Assembly: GCA_030602315.1 (NCBI GenBank)
Contig: JAUVZY010000003.1
Location: 59,537-83,536 of the forward strand
DNA from: Pseudomonadaceae bacterium
GTDB taxonomy: Bacteria > Pseudomonadota > Gammaproteobacteria > Pseudomonadales > Pseudomonadaceae
Length of the DNA: 24,000 nucleotides
Reading direction: 5' to 3'
Made by a program: the position numbers and the translations under genes. Below, piece after piece: positions 14,332-22,019 of the stretch (the stretch's first letter is position 1; the number at the start of each line of letters is the position of its first letter). The notes beneath the pieces were generated by a model, which worked only from the letters and a program-made list of their open reading frames with translations, did no database searches and was not told where the DNA came from.

Positions 14332-15345
14332 CTAATGATCGCCCGCTGCGGCTTCGAGCCAGATATTGACCATCTGACCTGGCCCGGGGCGCGGCTCGCG
14401 GTCTGGTCGGTGCGGTGAGCCGCCCAGGTTCCAGGGTAGGCTCCAGGCGCTGACCGTCAGCAAAGGTCGTGCGTGAGCGTGGGCGGGGGGCGGGCAGGAC
14501 GGTGCTTGCCGAGAGGTCAGAACCACCTGTGCAACCGCGGCATGCGGCTCGCCCGAAGTGCTCGGATCGGGGCAGCCCAGTGCGATCAGTACGGGCCCTG
14601 TCGCGGTCGGAAGGTGCGTTGCATTCGCTTCCCTCACGGGCCGCAGATAGCGCCTCTCATAGCGGTTCAGGCTGCCCTTGCGCAGTAGCGGTGGTGTTAG
14701 CTCACCCTGCGCCGTGAAGATGGCGGTCACTTCCTCGAGCGCGCCATTCCCGGGAAGCAGTTTGCCGGCCTCGATGTGTGGCGACGGCAGCACGATGGAG
14801 CCGGCAACCAGTGTCACGCCAAACTCTTGAGCCAGGTCGCCAAAGATCTGTTGGTAGGCATCGCTCATGGCCCTGGCCTTCATGCGCAGAACCGCTTGGG
14901 TGCGCCAATCATCGCGGCTGTCGGTGGTTAGCGAGTTCGCGTAGCTGAACGGGTTGCTCAGAGCAGTCCATTGAGCGGCATCCCGCAGCGTGCGGGCTTG
15001 CTGAACTTCGAGTTTCTCGCCCATCGCAAACAGCCCCGTACCGGCATTGGGCGGTGCGATGACCACGGTGCGTTCCGATAGCAGCCCAAGGTTTTGCGCC
15101 TGCTGCAGTGCCGCCCGGAGTTTTCGCTGCAAGCGTTCTTCTGTCTGGTAGTCGGCGGCATGGAGCGCCATTTCCAGTGTCAGCAGGTTGCCCGCATCGC
15201 TCGGTGTGCCGTGGCTGATCACGGCCAGAGGTCGCAGGTCCGAGAGCAGCAGTCCGGTCGATGGCTGATCGGTCCAGCGCAGGAATGTCGCGGCCCAGAT
15301 GCAGGCGGCGATGGCAAGGGTGGCGAAGAGAAACGGCAGGCGCAT
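14332..15345 (-). CDS. N-terminally membrane-anchored (or lipoprotein) carbon-nitrogen hydrolase (nitrilase superfamily)-like protein
   Basis: 337 aa. The N-terminal hydrophobic segment MRLPFLFATLAIAACIWAATFL includes a lipobox-like IAAC. Blocks such as FGVTLVAGSIVLPSP, LLRKGSLNRYE and VLIALGCPD resemble the CN_hydrolase Lys and Cys regions from memory. There is no obvious SD, and the functional call is tentative. Confidence 0.55.
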   Translation of the reverse strand: MRLPFLFATLAIAACIWAATFLRWTDQPSTGLLLSDLRPLAVISHGTPSDAGNLLTLEMALHAADYQTEERLQRKLRAALQQAQNLGLLSERTVVIAPPNAGTGLFAMGEKLEVQQARTLRDAAQWTALSNPFSYANSLTTDSRDDWRTQAVLRMKARAMSDAYQQIFGDLAQEFGVTLVAGSIVLPSPHIEAGKLLPGNGALEEVTAIFTAQGELTPPLLRKGSLNRYERRYLRPVREANATHLPTATGPVLIALGCPDPSTSGEPHAAVAQVVLTSRQAPSCPPPAHAHARPLLTVSAWSLPWNLGGSPHRPDREPRPGPGQMVNIWLEAAAGDH

Positions 15346-15572
15346 GGCGGTTGGACGTTACCGAGAGACTGACTTTAGATTTGGCCGCTTGCCGACAGGC
15401 AGCTGCCATGCGAAAAATTTGACGAAAGCGGTGTGATGCCGACGAACGGTTGACACGTCAGGATAAAAGTGAAGGATGGGAGCTTGATGGAAAACGCGCT
15501 GCGTGCGTCACAGTTCATCGAGCCGGGAGGCGCCGCCCGTCGCCGGGGCCGGTGCCTGCCAACCTCTTCACA

Positions 15573-15600
15573 TTGCCCGAAAACGAATTTCTCCTAGACT
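15573..15600 (+). promoter_or_regulatory. Putative sigma70 promoter for the coiled-coil protein gene
   Basis: The -35 TTGCCC (15573-15578), a 16-nt spacer and the -10 TAGACT (15595-15600) lie about 90 nt upstream of ATG 15691. Confidence 0.35.
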
Positions 15601-15690
15601 GTCTGTCATGCATTTGGCGCCGGTTTATCGACAATGGCTTGGGCAGGTGACTTGGCCATAACGCCGGGCGATACGAGGATAGAGCGAATC

Positions 15691-17013
15691 ATGAAGAAAA
15701 AAGGACAGTTGGTCGAAGCCGTGCTGTTCTTCCGGGAACGCGGAATCTGCAAGGAAATGCTCTACCCCGAATTCGAGGCCGTGCTTGATGGCGTGGTGAA
15801 TCTACCCGAATTCAGCGGCCAGCAGATGGAAGCGGTGTATCTGCTGATCGATCCCAAGCTGCTCGTTCGTGCGGCAGTGTTTTTCTACCTCGACTTCCAT
15901 GATGACGGTGCGGCCGATACCGGCTGGAACGTTCCGCTACGCAACCTCGCCGAGCGCGGCGGTCGTGGCCCCGATCTGGGGGCCGGGCCGATTCGTCTGG
16001 TTTGCCGTAGCCAGTGTCCGATGGCCTGGCACCAGATGCATCTATGGGACCCGGAGCTCACCGGCAAGAAGAACCATCTGCTGGAAATTCGCGATCGCAT
16101 CAAGCGCAATGCACTGGGGCTTCTGATTGAAGAAGAGCCTCAGGCGCTCTCCCCGGATCGTCTGCAAATTGCCGCAGAAGACCGTTGGTACAGCTCCGGA
16201 CCGTCCTTCGATGTGCCCAGACAGCCCTTCGTCGAGCAGGCGGCATCGCCGATGTCCGGTATTCCCGAGTACATGGAGCAAAAGCTTTCGCAGCTCAAGC
16301 GCGAGGGCGAAGAGGCGCAAGCGAAATTGACTGCCGAGATCGAGCAGCTCAAGCAGCGGCTCGTCCAGGAGCGCGATCGCGCCAACAAGCTGCAGAAGGA
16401 GCACGAGGCCCAGTCCGAGTCGTTCCGGCGCATCCGCGATGAAATGGGCCAGCAGGTCCGCGATAGCGAGCGCAAGGGACAGGTCGGCCTGGAGGCCATG
16501 CGGGCGCGCTTCGAGCAGGAGGCGCAGGCTCGGATCGCGGCGATGGCCGATGAGTTCGAGAAGCGGCTGGCGCAGGTGCGGGAGGAGGTGGCCGAGCGAG
16601 ACAAGCGTCTGGCCGAGGCGGGCGCCGAGATCGGCCGGCTGAACAGCCGTTGCGCGGAACTGCGTGAGTCGAGTGGCGAGCGCATGCTGGAAAGTCTCGC
16701 AGGCCTAGGCATGGTGTTCGTCGTCTACCACCCCGGAGCCGGCCAACTGACGGTGCCGCTCGAGGATATCGCCAAGTATCAGCAGAGCCCACTCGCCTAT
16801 GCCGCCAGCAAGTGTTCGGTGACGCCCGAGCACTACCAGCAGTGGCTGGAGCATTACATGCGCCCCACCTGCGAAGCGAAGATGCTCGACGGCAGTCGCT
16901 GCGCGATCCCGGTCGATCGCGTCGACGTGCCGGCGCGTTTCTCTCCCGGTGTCTCCAATTGCTGCTCGCGCCACCAGGGCCGCTCGGAAAGCGCGCTGCG
17001 AACCGGCAGCTGA
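15691..17013 (+). CDS. uncharacterised 440-aa protein: N-terminal globular domain, long central coiled coil, C-terminal Cys-rich domain
   Basis: ATG 15691 is preceded by GAGGA, so the track start at 15634 is probably an N-terminal extension. The region from about 16267 to 16700 encodes an E/R/Q/A/K-rich heptad-like sequence (EQKLSQLKREGEEAQAKLTAEIEQLKQRLVQERDRANKLQKEHE...). The tail carries the cysteines in SKCSV, PTCEAKMLDGSRC and NCCSRH. I do not recognise the family. Confidence 0.8.
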   Translation: MKKKGQLVEAVLFFRERGICKEMLYPEFEAVLDGVVNLPEFSGQQMEAVYLLIDPKLLVRAAVFFYLDFHDDGAADTGWNVPLRNLAERGGRGPDLGAGPIRLVCRSQCPMAWHQMHLWDPELTGKKNHLLEIRDRIKRNALGLLIEEEPQALSPDRLQIAAEDRWYSSGPSFDVPRQPFVEQAASPMSGIPEYMEQKLSQLKREGEEAQAKLTAEIEQLKQRLVQERDRANKLQKEHEAQSESFRRIRDEMGQQVRDSERKGQVGLEAMRARFEQEAQARIAAMADEFEKRLAQVREEVAERDKRLAEAGAEIGRLNSRCAELRESSGERMLESLAGLGMVFVVYHPGAGQLTVPLEDIAKYQQSPLAYAASKCSVTPEHYQQWLEHYMRPTCEAKMLDGSRCAIPVDRVDVPARFSPGVSNCCSRHQGRSESALRTGS

Positions 17014-17016
17014 GCA

Positions 17017-17940
17017 TTGATCGCAACGTTTTCAAATCACCCCGGCCTGCAGCCACCTTTGGAGCGGCTGCAGGCGTCCTGGCTGGATGCGGCCGGTCTC
17101 ACCGTGCTGGTGCTGCGGCTCGATTGCATCGATCCGCTGGTGTCTGGCAACAAGTGGTACAAGCTCACGCCGTATCTGGCCGAAGCCCGTGAAACCGGGG
17201 CGGCAGGTCTGCTCAGTGTTGGCGGGCCGCACTCCAATCATCTGCATGCGCTCGCAGCGGCCGGACAGCGTTCGGGCCTCGCCACGGTTGGCTTGTTGCG
17301 CGGCCATCCCCAGGAGACGCCGACCACCGTCGATCTGCAACGATTTGGCATGCGCCTGCACTGGCTTGGTTATGGCGCCTTCCGCGCGCGTTACACGAGT
17401 GACTTCTGGGTCGATTGGCAGGCACGTTACCCAGGTTTTCTGACGGTCCCCGAAGGCGGCGGCGGGCTGCGTGGAGCGATGGGGTGTGTGCCGTTGGTTC
17501 GACAGGTCCAGGCGGCCCTGCCGGCGCTCGGTTGTGACGATTTCGATGCCTGGTGGCTGGCTGCCGGGACGGGCTCGACCCTGGCCGGCATCGTCATCGG
17601 TGAGCAAGGCCGGCGTACAGTCTATGGTGCGCTGGCCGGGCCGCTGCGGCATGGGGTCAAGGAGCAGGTGGATGAGCTGCTTGAGCAGGCCGGGGCGAGC
17701 GGTGCGCGTTTCCAGCTGGTCGAGGCAGCGCGCGGCGGCTTCGGGCGGTGCGACGACGAGCTGCGGGCCTTCATTCGAAACAGCGAGCAGGAAAGCGGCA
17801 TGCCGCTCGATCCGGTCTATACCGGCAAGGCGTTGATGGCACTGCGTGACCAGGCGCGTGCCGGCCGGTTGGCACGGGGCACGCGCCTGGTATTCGTACA
17901 TACCGGCGGTCTGCAGGGGCGCCGCGCCGCCGGTCTCTAA
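17017..17940 (+). CDS. PLP-dependent enzyme of the 1-aminocyclopropane-1-carboxylate deaminase / D-cysteine desulfhydrase family
   Basis: 307 aa. It has the PLP-lysine motif SGNKWYKL, the block GGPHSNHLHALAAAG, the Gly-rich loop AAGTGSTLAGI and the C-terminal FVHTGGL. The TTG start at 17017 has no in-frame ATG near it. TTG 17059 is an alternative. Confidence 0.8.
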   Translation: MIATFSNHPGLQPPLERLQASWLDAAGLTVLVLRLDCIDPLVSGNKWYKLTPYLAEARETGAAGLLSVGGPHSNHLHALAAAGQRSGLATVGLLRGHPQETPTTVDLQRFGMRLHWLGYGAFRARYTSDFWVDWQARYPGFLTVPEGGGGLRGAMGCVPLVRQVQAALPALGCDDFDAWWLAAGTGSTLAGIVIGEQGRRTVYGALAGPLRHGVKEQVDELLEQAGASGARFQLVEAARGGFGRCDDELRAFIRNSEQESGMPLDPVYTGKALMALRDQARAGRLARGTRLVFVHTGGLQGRRAAGL

Positions 17941-18860
17941 CCTCCGGCTGGCGCATGGGCCGGCCAATGCTCATCGAGCCAGAAGGCGCGTCTCACTTCC
18001 TGCCAATGCCCTTGCGGTGTCGGGCGCAGGGCTACCATCAGGCTTGCAGGCTGGCGCGCGTGACTACCGAGCCAGAGCCTCAGGCGCTCGTTCTCCCAAG
18101 CCTCGTCGGTGCGTAGCGGCGCCAGCCAGCGAAGGCGTTCCAATGGCTGCCAGCGCACGCTCGTTTCATCCAGGCTCTGCTGCCATTGGGCCGGGCGCAA
18201 CCACTCTCCACGCAGATGCTCCTGCGCTGCGCCTGCTGGCGCCGTCGCCGGTCCGGCTGGGTGGAAGAGGTAGCCGCCCATCCAGAAACGACTGGTCGGT
18301 TGTTGCGCGCCAAGCGTGGCAAGCAGCGTGCGTGCCTGGGGCCTCGGTGCGAGGCTCAGTTGGTCGCCTTCCAGGCGCGAGAGTTTCAGATCGAGCCGGT
18401 CTTCGGCACCCGGACCCACCCAGCACTGTGCTCGCTCAGGCAGATCGATCGGACCGAGATAGAACTTCACCGCCAGTTCCAGGTGGTGCATGCCTTCGCC
18501 ATCTTCAAACAGAACATCCAATTCGCCGAGGGTCCGGCCTTCGTCGCGTACCGGTATGTTTGCCGCGATCAGACTGATGCCCGGGGCGTGCGCCAGGCCG
18601 AATTGCCACAGCCGCTCGTAGTAAAGGCCCAGTCGGCGGCTGGTGCCGGCGAGCCAGTCGATCAGTGTCGCGGGCTGGTGGTCCTGTTCGAGCAGCCACT
18701 CGGCGAGCATCGGCGGGCGCCGAGCCCAGGTGCTTCCGGTCAACGGGTGACGCTGCAGGGTTGACTCGATCAGTGGTGGAGACAGCAGCGTCCAGGCCAG
18801 ATCGCGCACGTTCGGGTGCGTCAGCCGCGAAAGCAGGGGCTCTAACAGGTGGGAATGCAT
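17937..18860 (-). CDS. DUF1853-like protein
   Basis: Only the C-terminal 307 aa of the 518-aa track ORF look like a real protein (MHSHLLEPLLSRLTHPNVRDLAWTLLSPPL ... GELDVLFEDGEGMHHLELAVKFYLG). ATG is at 18860, with an alternative ATG at 18911. It is convergent with the PLP enzyme gene (4-nt overlap) and divergent from nadK. Confidence 0.7.
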   Translation of the reverse strand: MHSHLLEPLLSRLTHPNVRDLAWTLLSPPLIESTLQRHPLTGSTWARRPPMLAEWLLEQDHQPATLIDWLAGTSRRLGLYYERLWQFGLAHAPGISLIAANIPVRDEGRTLGELDVLFEDGEGMHHLELAVKFYLGPIDLPERAQCWVGPGAEDRLDLKLSRLEGDQLSLAPRPQARTLLATLGAQQPTSRFWMGGYLFHPAGPATAPAGAAQEHLRGEWLRPAQWQQSLDETSVRWQPLERLRWLAPLRTDEAWENERLRLWLGSHARQPASLMVALRPTPQGHWQEVRRAFWLDEHWPAHAPAGG

Positions 18861-18948
18861 GCGCCGAGCATAGCCCAGAGCCGTTTGCCCGTGCTTGGGC
18901 CTTTCCACCATAATCCGGGCCTTGTGCACCGCCACCACGGGAAAATCC

Positions 18949-19836
18949 ATGGAGCAATTTCGCAACATCGGCATCATCGGCCGCCTGGGCAGCACGCAGG
19001 TGCTGGATACCATCCGCCGGCTCAAGCGTTTTCTCGGCGATCGCCACTTGCACGTGATCCTCGACGAAACCATCGCCGAGATGATGCCCGGCCACGGCAT
19101 GCAGACCTCCTCCAAGCAGCGCCTGGGCGAATCCTGCGATCTGGTGATCGTCGTCGGCGGCGACGGTAGCCTGCTGGGCGCGGCGCGCGCCATGGCGCGA
19201 CCGGGGGTGCCGGTGCTGGGCATCAACCGCGGCAGCCTGGGCTTTCTCACCGACATCCGTCCCGATGAGCTGGAAGAGCGGGTCGGCGAAGTGCTGGACG
19301 GCCAGTACACGCTGGAGAAGCGCTTTCTGCTCGAGGCGCTGGCGCGGCGCAAGGATGAAGCGATCGGCAGCGGCGATGCGCTGAACGATGTGGTGCTGCA
19401 TCCGGGCAAATCGACGCGGATGATCGAATTCGAGCTGTACATCGACGGCCAGTTCGTCTGCAGCCAGAAGGCCGACGGCCTGATCATCGCCACTCCGACC
19501 GGCTCGACCGCCTACTCGCTGTCGGCGGGTGGACCGATCATGCATCCCAAGCTCGATGCCATCGTCATCGTGCCGATGTACCCGCACACGCTGTCGAGCC
19601 GCCCGATCGTGGTGGACGGCAACAGTGAGCTGAAAATCGTGGTCTCACCCAATATGCAGATCTACCCGCAGGTTTCCTGCGACGGGCAGAACCATTTCAC
19701 CTGCGCGCCGGGCGACACGGTCACCGTGCGCAAGAAGCCGCACAAGCTCAACCTCATTCACCCGCTGGACCACAACTACTACGAGGTCTGCCGGACCAAG
19801 CTCGGTTGGGGCAGTCGCCTCGGCGGAGGAGACTGA
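18949..19836 (+). CDS. nadK: NAD(+) kinase
   Basis: ATG 18949 gives MEQFRNIGIIGRLGS (295 aa). It has the GGDG motif VVGGDGSLLGAAR plus NRGSLGFLTD and ATPTGSTAYSLSAGGPI. The track start at 18895 adds 18 non-conserved residues. Confidence 0.93.
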   Translation: MEQFRNIGIIGRLGSTQVLDTIRRLKRFLGDRHLHVILDETIAEMMPGHGMQTSSKQRLGESCDLVIVVGGDGSLLGAARAMARPGVPVLGINRGSLGFLTDIRPDELEERVGEVLDGQYTLEKRFLLEALARRKDEAIGSGDALNDVVLHPGKSTRMIEFELYIDGQFVCSQKADGLIIATPTGSTAYSLSAGGPIMHPKLDAIVIVPMYPHTLSSRPIVVDGNSELKIVVSPNMQIYPQVSCDGQNHFTCAPGDTVTVRKKPHKLNLIHPLDHNYYEVCRTKLGWGSRLGGGD

Positions 19837-20823
19837 ATGCGCCTGGACCCCCAGCGGGGCTATGACCTGATCGGCGACATCCACGGCTGCGTCGATACCC
19901 TGGTCCATCTGCTCGAGCGCCTCGGCTACCAGCGCCATGGTGGCGTCTGGAGCCATCCGTCGCGCCAGGCCATCTTCCTCGGCGACATCATCGACCGCGG
20001 CACGCACATACGCGAGGCCCTGCACCTGGTGCATGACATGGTCGACCGCGGCCATGCCTACTGCATTCTCGGCAACCACGAATTCAATGCCATCGGCTGG
20101 CACACCCCGGCGCCGCCCGGTTGCGGCCAGCAGTACGTGCGCGAGCACACCCCGCGCTATGCCCGGCTGCTGCAGGAGACATTCGAGCAGTTCGCCCATT
20201 ATCAGCAGGAGTGGCTGGCCTTCGTCGACTGGTTCCGCGAGCTGCCGCTGTTCATCGACGGCGAGCGCTTTCGCGTGGTGCATGCCTGCTGGGACAAGGC
20301 GGTGATCGCCAAGCTGCGCGAGCGGCTGGTGGACGGCAAGCTGAACCATGCCTTCCTCGCCGAGGCGGCCAGCCCGGCCAGCTTTGCCTGCCATGCGCTG
20401 GACCGGCTGCTGCGCGGCACCACCATGCCGTTGCCCGATGGTCTGACGCTGACCACCGACGAGGGCTTCGTGCGCACGGTGTTTCGCACCAAGTTCTGGG
20501 AGCCGGCACCGTTGACCTACGCCGATGTGGTGTTCCAGCCCGATCCCTTGCCGGGCCGCGCGGCCGAGCGCCTGCTGACCCAGCAGGAGCAGCGCAATCT
20601 CTACCTGTACGGTCCGGACGAGCCGATGCTGTTCGTCGGGCACTACTGGCGCAGCGGCAAGCCGGGGCCGATCCGCGACAATCTGGCCTGCCTCGATTAC
20701 AGCGCGGTCAAGCGCGGCAAGCTGGCCGCCTACCGGCTCGGCGAGGAGCAGCGCCTGAATCCGGCGCACTTCGTCTGGGTCGACGTGGAGACGGCCGAGG
20801 AGTCCGTCGATGAGGCTCGTTGA
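19837..20823 (+). CDS. metallophosphoesterase (PPP-family Ser/Thr phosphatase / ApaH-like)
   Basis: 328 aa, with the ATG directly after the nadK TGA. The PPP motifs are GDIHG (LIGDIHGC), GDxxDRG (FLGDIIDRG) and GNHE (ILGNHEFN). Confidence 0.88.
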   Translation: MRLDPQRGYDLIGDIHGCVDTLVHLLERLGYQRHGGVWSHPSRQAIFLGDIIDRGTHIREALHLVHDMVDRGHAYCILGNHEFNAIGWHTPAPPGCGQQYVREHTPRYARLLQETFEQFAHYQQEWLAFVDWFRELPLFIDGERFRVVHACWDKAVIAKLRERLVDGKLNHAFLAEAASPASFACHALDRLLRGTTMPLPDGLTLTTDEGFVRTVFRTKFWEPAPLTYADVVFQPDPLPGRAAERLLTQQEQRNLYLYGPDEPMLFVGHYWRSGKPGPIRDNLACLDYSAVKRGKLAAYRLGEEQRLNPAHFVWVDVETAEESVDEAR

Positions 20824-21688
20824 GGCCCTGCGGCGGCCAATCGCCGAGGATCTCAGCGGGTTCGTCGCGCTGTTGAACCGCCATCAGGTGCCGTGCCGGG
20901 TCTCCGAAGAAGCCGGCCAGCAGGTGCTGCGCGTGCCCGATGGCTGGGTCGAACCGGTGCGCGAGCTGCACCAGCGCTATCTGCATGGCGAGGTGCCGGA
21001 GGCGGTGGCGGTGGCGAGTGTCGGCCGTGGCGGCGAGGGGCTTTCCGTCATCGGGCAGACCCTGGCGCGCTACTGGCTGACCAGCGGCGTGCTGCTGATC
21101 ACCTTCGTGGTCGCCGGGCTGACCTGGCTTGGCGAAGACCTCGAAATGGTGCGCTGGCTCAGCTTCCTCGATTTTCGCATCCAGGGTGGCTACATCTACT
21201 TCGCCACGCTGCACCAGATGTACGTGGTGGGCGACTGGTGGCGGCTGATCACGCCGATCTTCGTGCACTTTGGCTTCCTGCACCTGGCGATGAACAGCCT
21301 CTGGTACTGGGAGCTGGGGCGGCGCATCGAGGCGCGCCAGGGAGCGCTGATGCTGCTCGGGCTGACGCTGCTGGCCGGGGTGGCCTCCAACTTCGCCCAG
21401 TACTGGTGGGGCGGACCGGGAATCTTCGGCGGCCTCTCCGGCGTGCTCTATGCGCTGCTCGGGCACTGCTGGCTGTTTCAGCGCCTGGCGCCATCGCCGG
21501 CCTACCGGCTGCCGCAGGGGGTGGTGATCCTGATGCTGGTGTGGCTGGTCATCTGCCTGACCGGAATCATCGAAGTGGTCAGCTTCGGCACCGTGGCCAT
21601 CGCCAATGCCGCGCACGTCAGCGGCCTTGTGGTCGGCTGCGTCACCGGGGTGATCGGTGGTGCGCTGGCCCGCTCGCGGGGCCGTTGA
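20810..21688 (+). CDS. rhomboid family intramembrane serine protease (GlpG-like, with N-terminal cytoplasmic domain)
   Basis: 292 aa, overlapping the upstream gene by 14 nt. The rhomboid signatures are HLAMNSLWYWELGRRIE (HxxxN), GGLSGVLYALLG (GxSG catalytic Ser) and AAHVSGLVVG (catalytic His). Confidence 0.88.
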   Translation: MRLVEALRRPIAEDLSGFVALLNRHQVPCRVSEEAGQQVLRVPDGWVEPVRELHQRYLHGEVPEAVAVASVGRGGEGLSVIGQTLARYWLTSGVLLITFVVAGLTWLGEDLEMVRWLSFLDFRIQGGYIYFATLHQMYVVGDWWRLITPIFVHFGFLHLAMNSLWYWELGRRIEARQGALMLLGLTLLAGVASNFAQYWWGGPGIFGGLSGVLYALLGHCWLFQRLAPSPAYRLPQGVVILMLVWLVICLTGIIEVVSFGTVAIANAAHVSGLVVGCVTGVIGGALARSRGR

Positions 21689-21720
21689 TCCGCGCGCTAC
21701 GCTTGGCCGGCGCTTGCCGC

Positions 21721-21726
21721 TAGAAT
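21721..21726 (+). promoter_or_regulatory. Possible -10 element (TAGAAT) upstream of the YeaC-like gene
   Basis: GCTAGAATGCGC at 21719-21730 is the same 12-mer as at 4438-4449. I found no convincing -35. Confidence 0.25.
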
Positions 21727-21752
21727 GCGCCGTCCATCTGCGAGGAACCGCC

Positions 21753-22019
21753 ATGTCGTCCTTCATCGAAGCCATCGAGAACATCACCCCGGAAATTTAC
21801 GAGAACCTCAAGCTCGCCGTGGAGCTGGGCAAGTGGCATGACGGCCGCCGGCTGACCCCCGAGCAGCGCGAGCTGTGCCTGCAGGCGATGATCGCCTGGG
21901 AAGCGAAGAACCTGCCGGAAGACCAGCGCACCGGCTATATGGGCGAGCAGGCCTGCCGCTCCAAGTCCAAGACGGTGCCGAACATCCTGTTCAGCAGCGA
22001 GTCGGAAACCCTGCACTGA
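21753..22019 (+). CDS. YeaC-like DUF1315 family protein
   Basis: ATG 21753 gives an 88-aa product (MSSFIEAIENITPEIYENLKLAVELGKWHDGRRLTPEQRELCLQAMIAWE) that resembles E. coli YeaC. The track start at 21657 overlaps the rhomboid gene end. Confidence 0.85.
   Translation: MSSFIEAIENITPEIYENLKLAVELGKWHDGRRLTPEQRELCLQAMIAWEAKNLPEDQRTGYMGEQACRSKSKTVPNILFSSESETLH

Noticed and set aside
14044-14418. 124-aa + strand ORF downstream of cioB
   Set aside because: The sequence is junk-like and the start is non-ATG. It overlaps both the better-supported 52-aa membrane ORF and the 3' end of the convergent nitrilase-like gene.
15450-15650. 66-aa TTG-initiated ORF in the divergent intergenic region
   Set aside because: It has no SD and an Arg/Pro/Gly-rich composition, and it overlaps the predicted promoter of the coiled-coil gene. 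It is more likely non-coding control DNA.
11201-17013. A genomic island integrated at the tRNA-Val/tRNA-Asp pair
   Set aside because: There is no integrase, transposase or phage gene, and the GC content looks like the surroundings. The only tRNA-Asp 3'-end-like match I noticed downstream (TCCGCTGCG at 14011-14019) is a 9-mer expected by chance. I therefore treat the segment as a synteny-variable region, not a demonstrable mobile island.
16140-17056. - strand ORFs of 190 aa and 235 aa opposite the coiled-coil gene
   Set aside because: They are Ser/Arg/Ala/Pro-rich low-complexity mirror images of the GAG/CGC/GCC-rich coiled-coil coding strand. The + strand gene has an SD, an ATG and protein-like N- and C-terminal domains.
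17032-17967. 311-aa ORF on the - strand
   Set aside because: It is antisense to the PLP-enzyme gene, which carries the SGNKWYKL lysine motif and a Gly-rich loop.
17937-19493. 518-aa - strand ORF taken as a single gene
   Set aside because: Its N-terminal ~210 codons are antisense to nadK and look like junk. Only the part from ATG 18860 (or 18911) onward resembles a real DUF1853-like protein.
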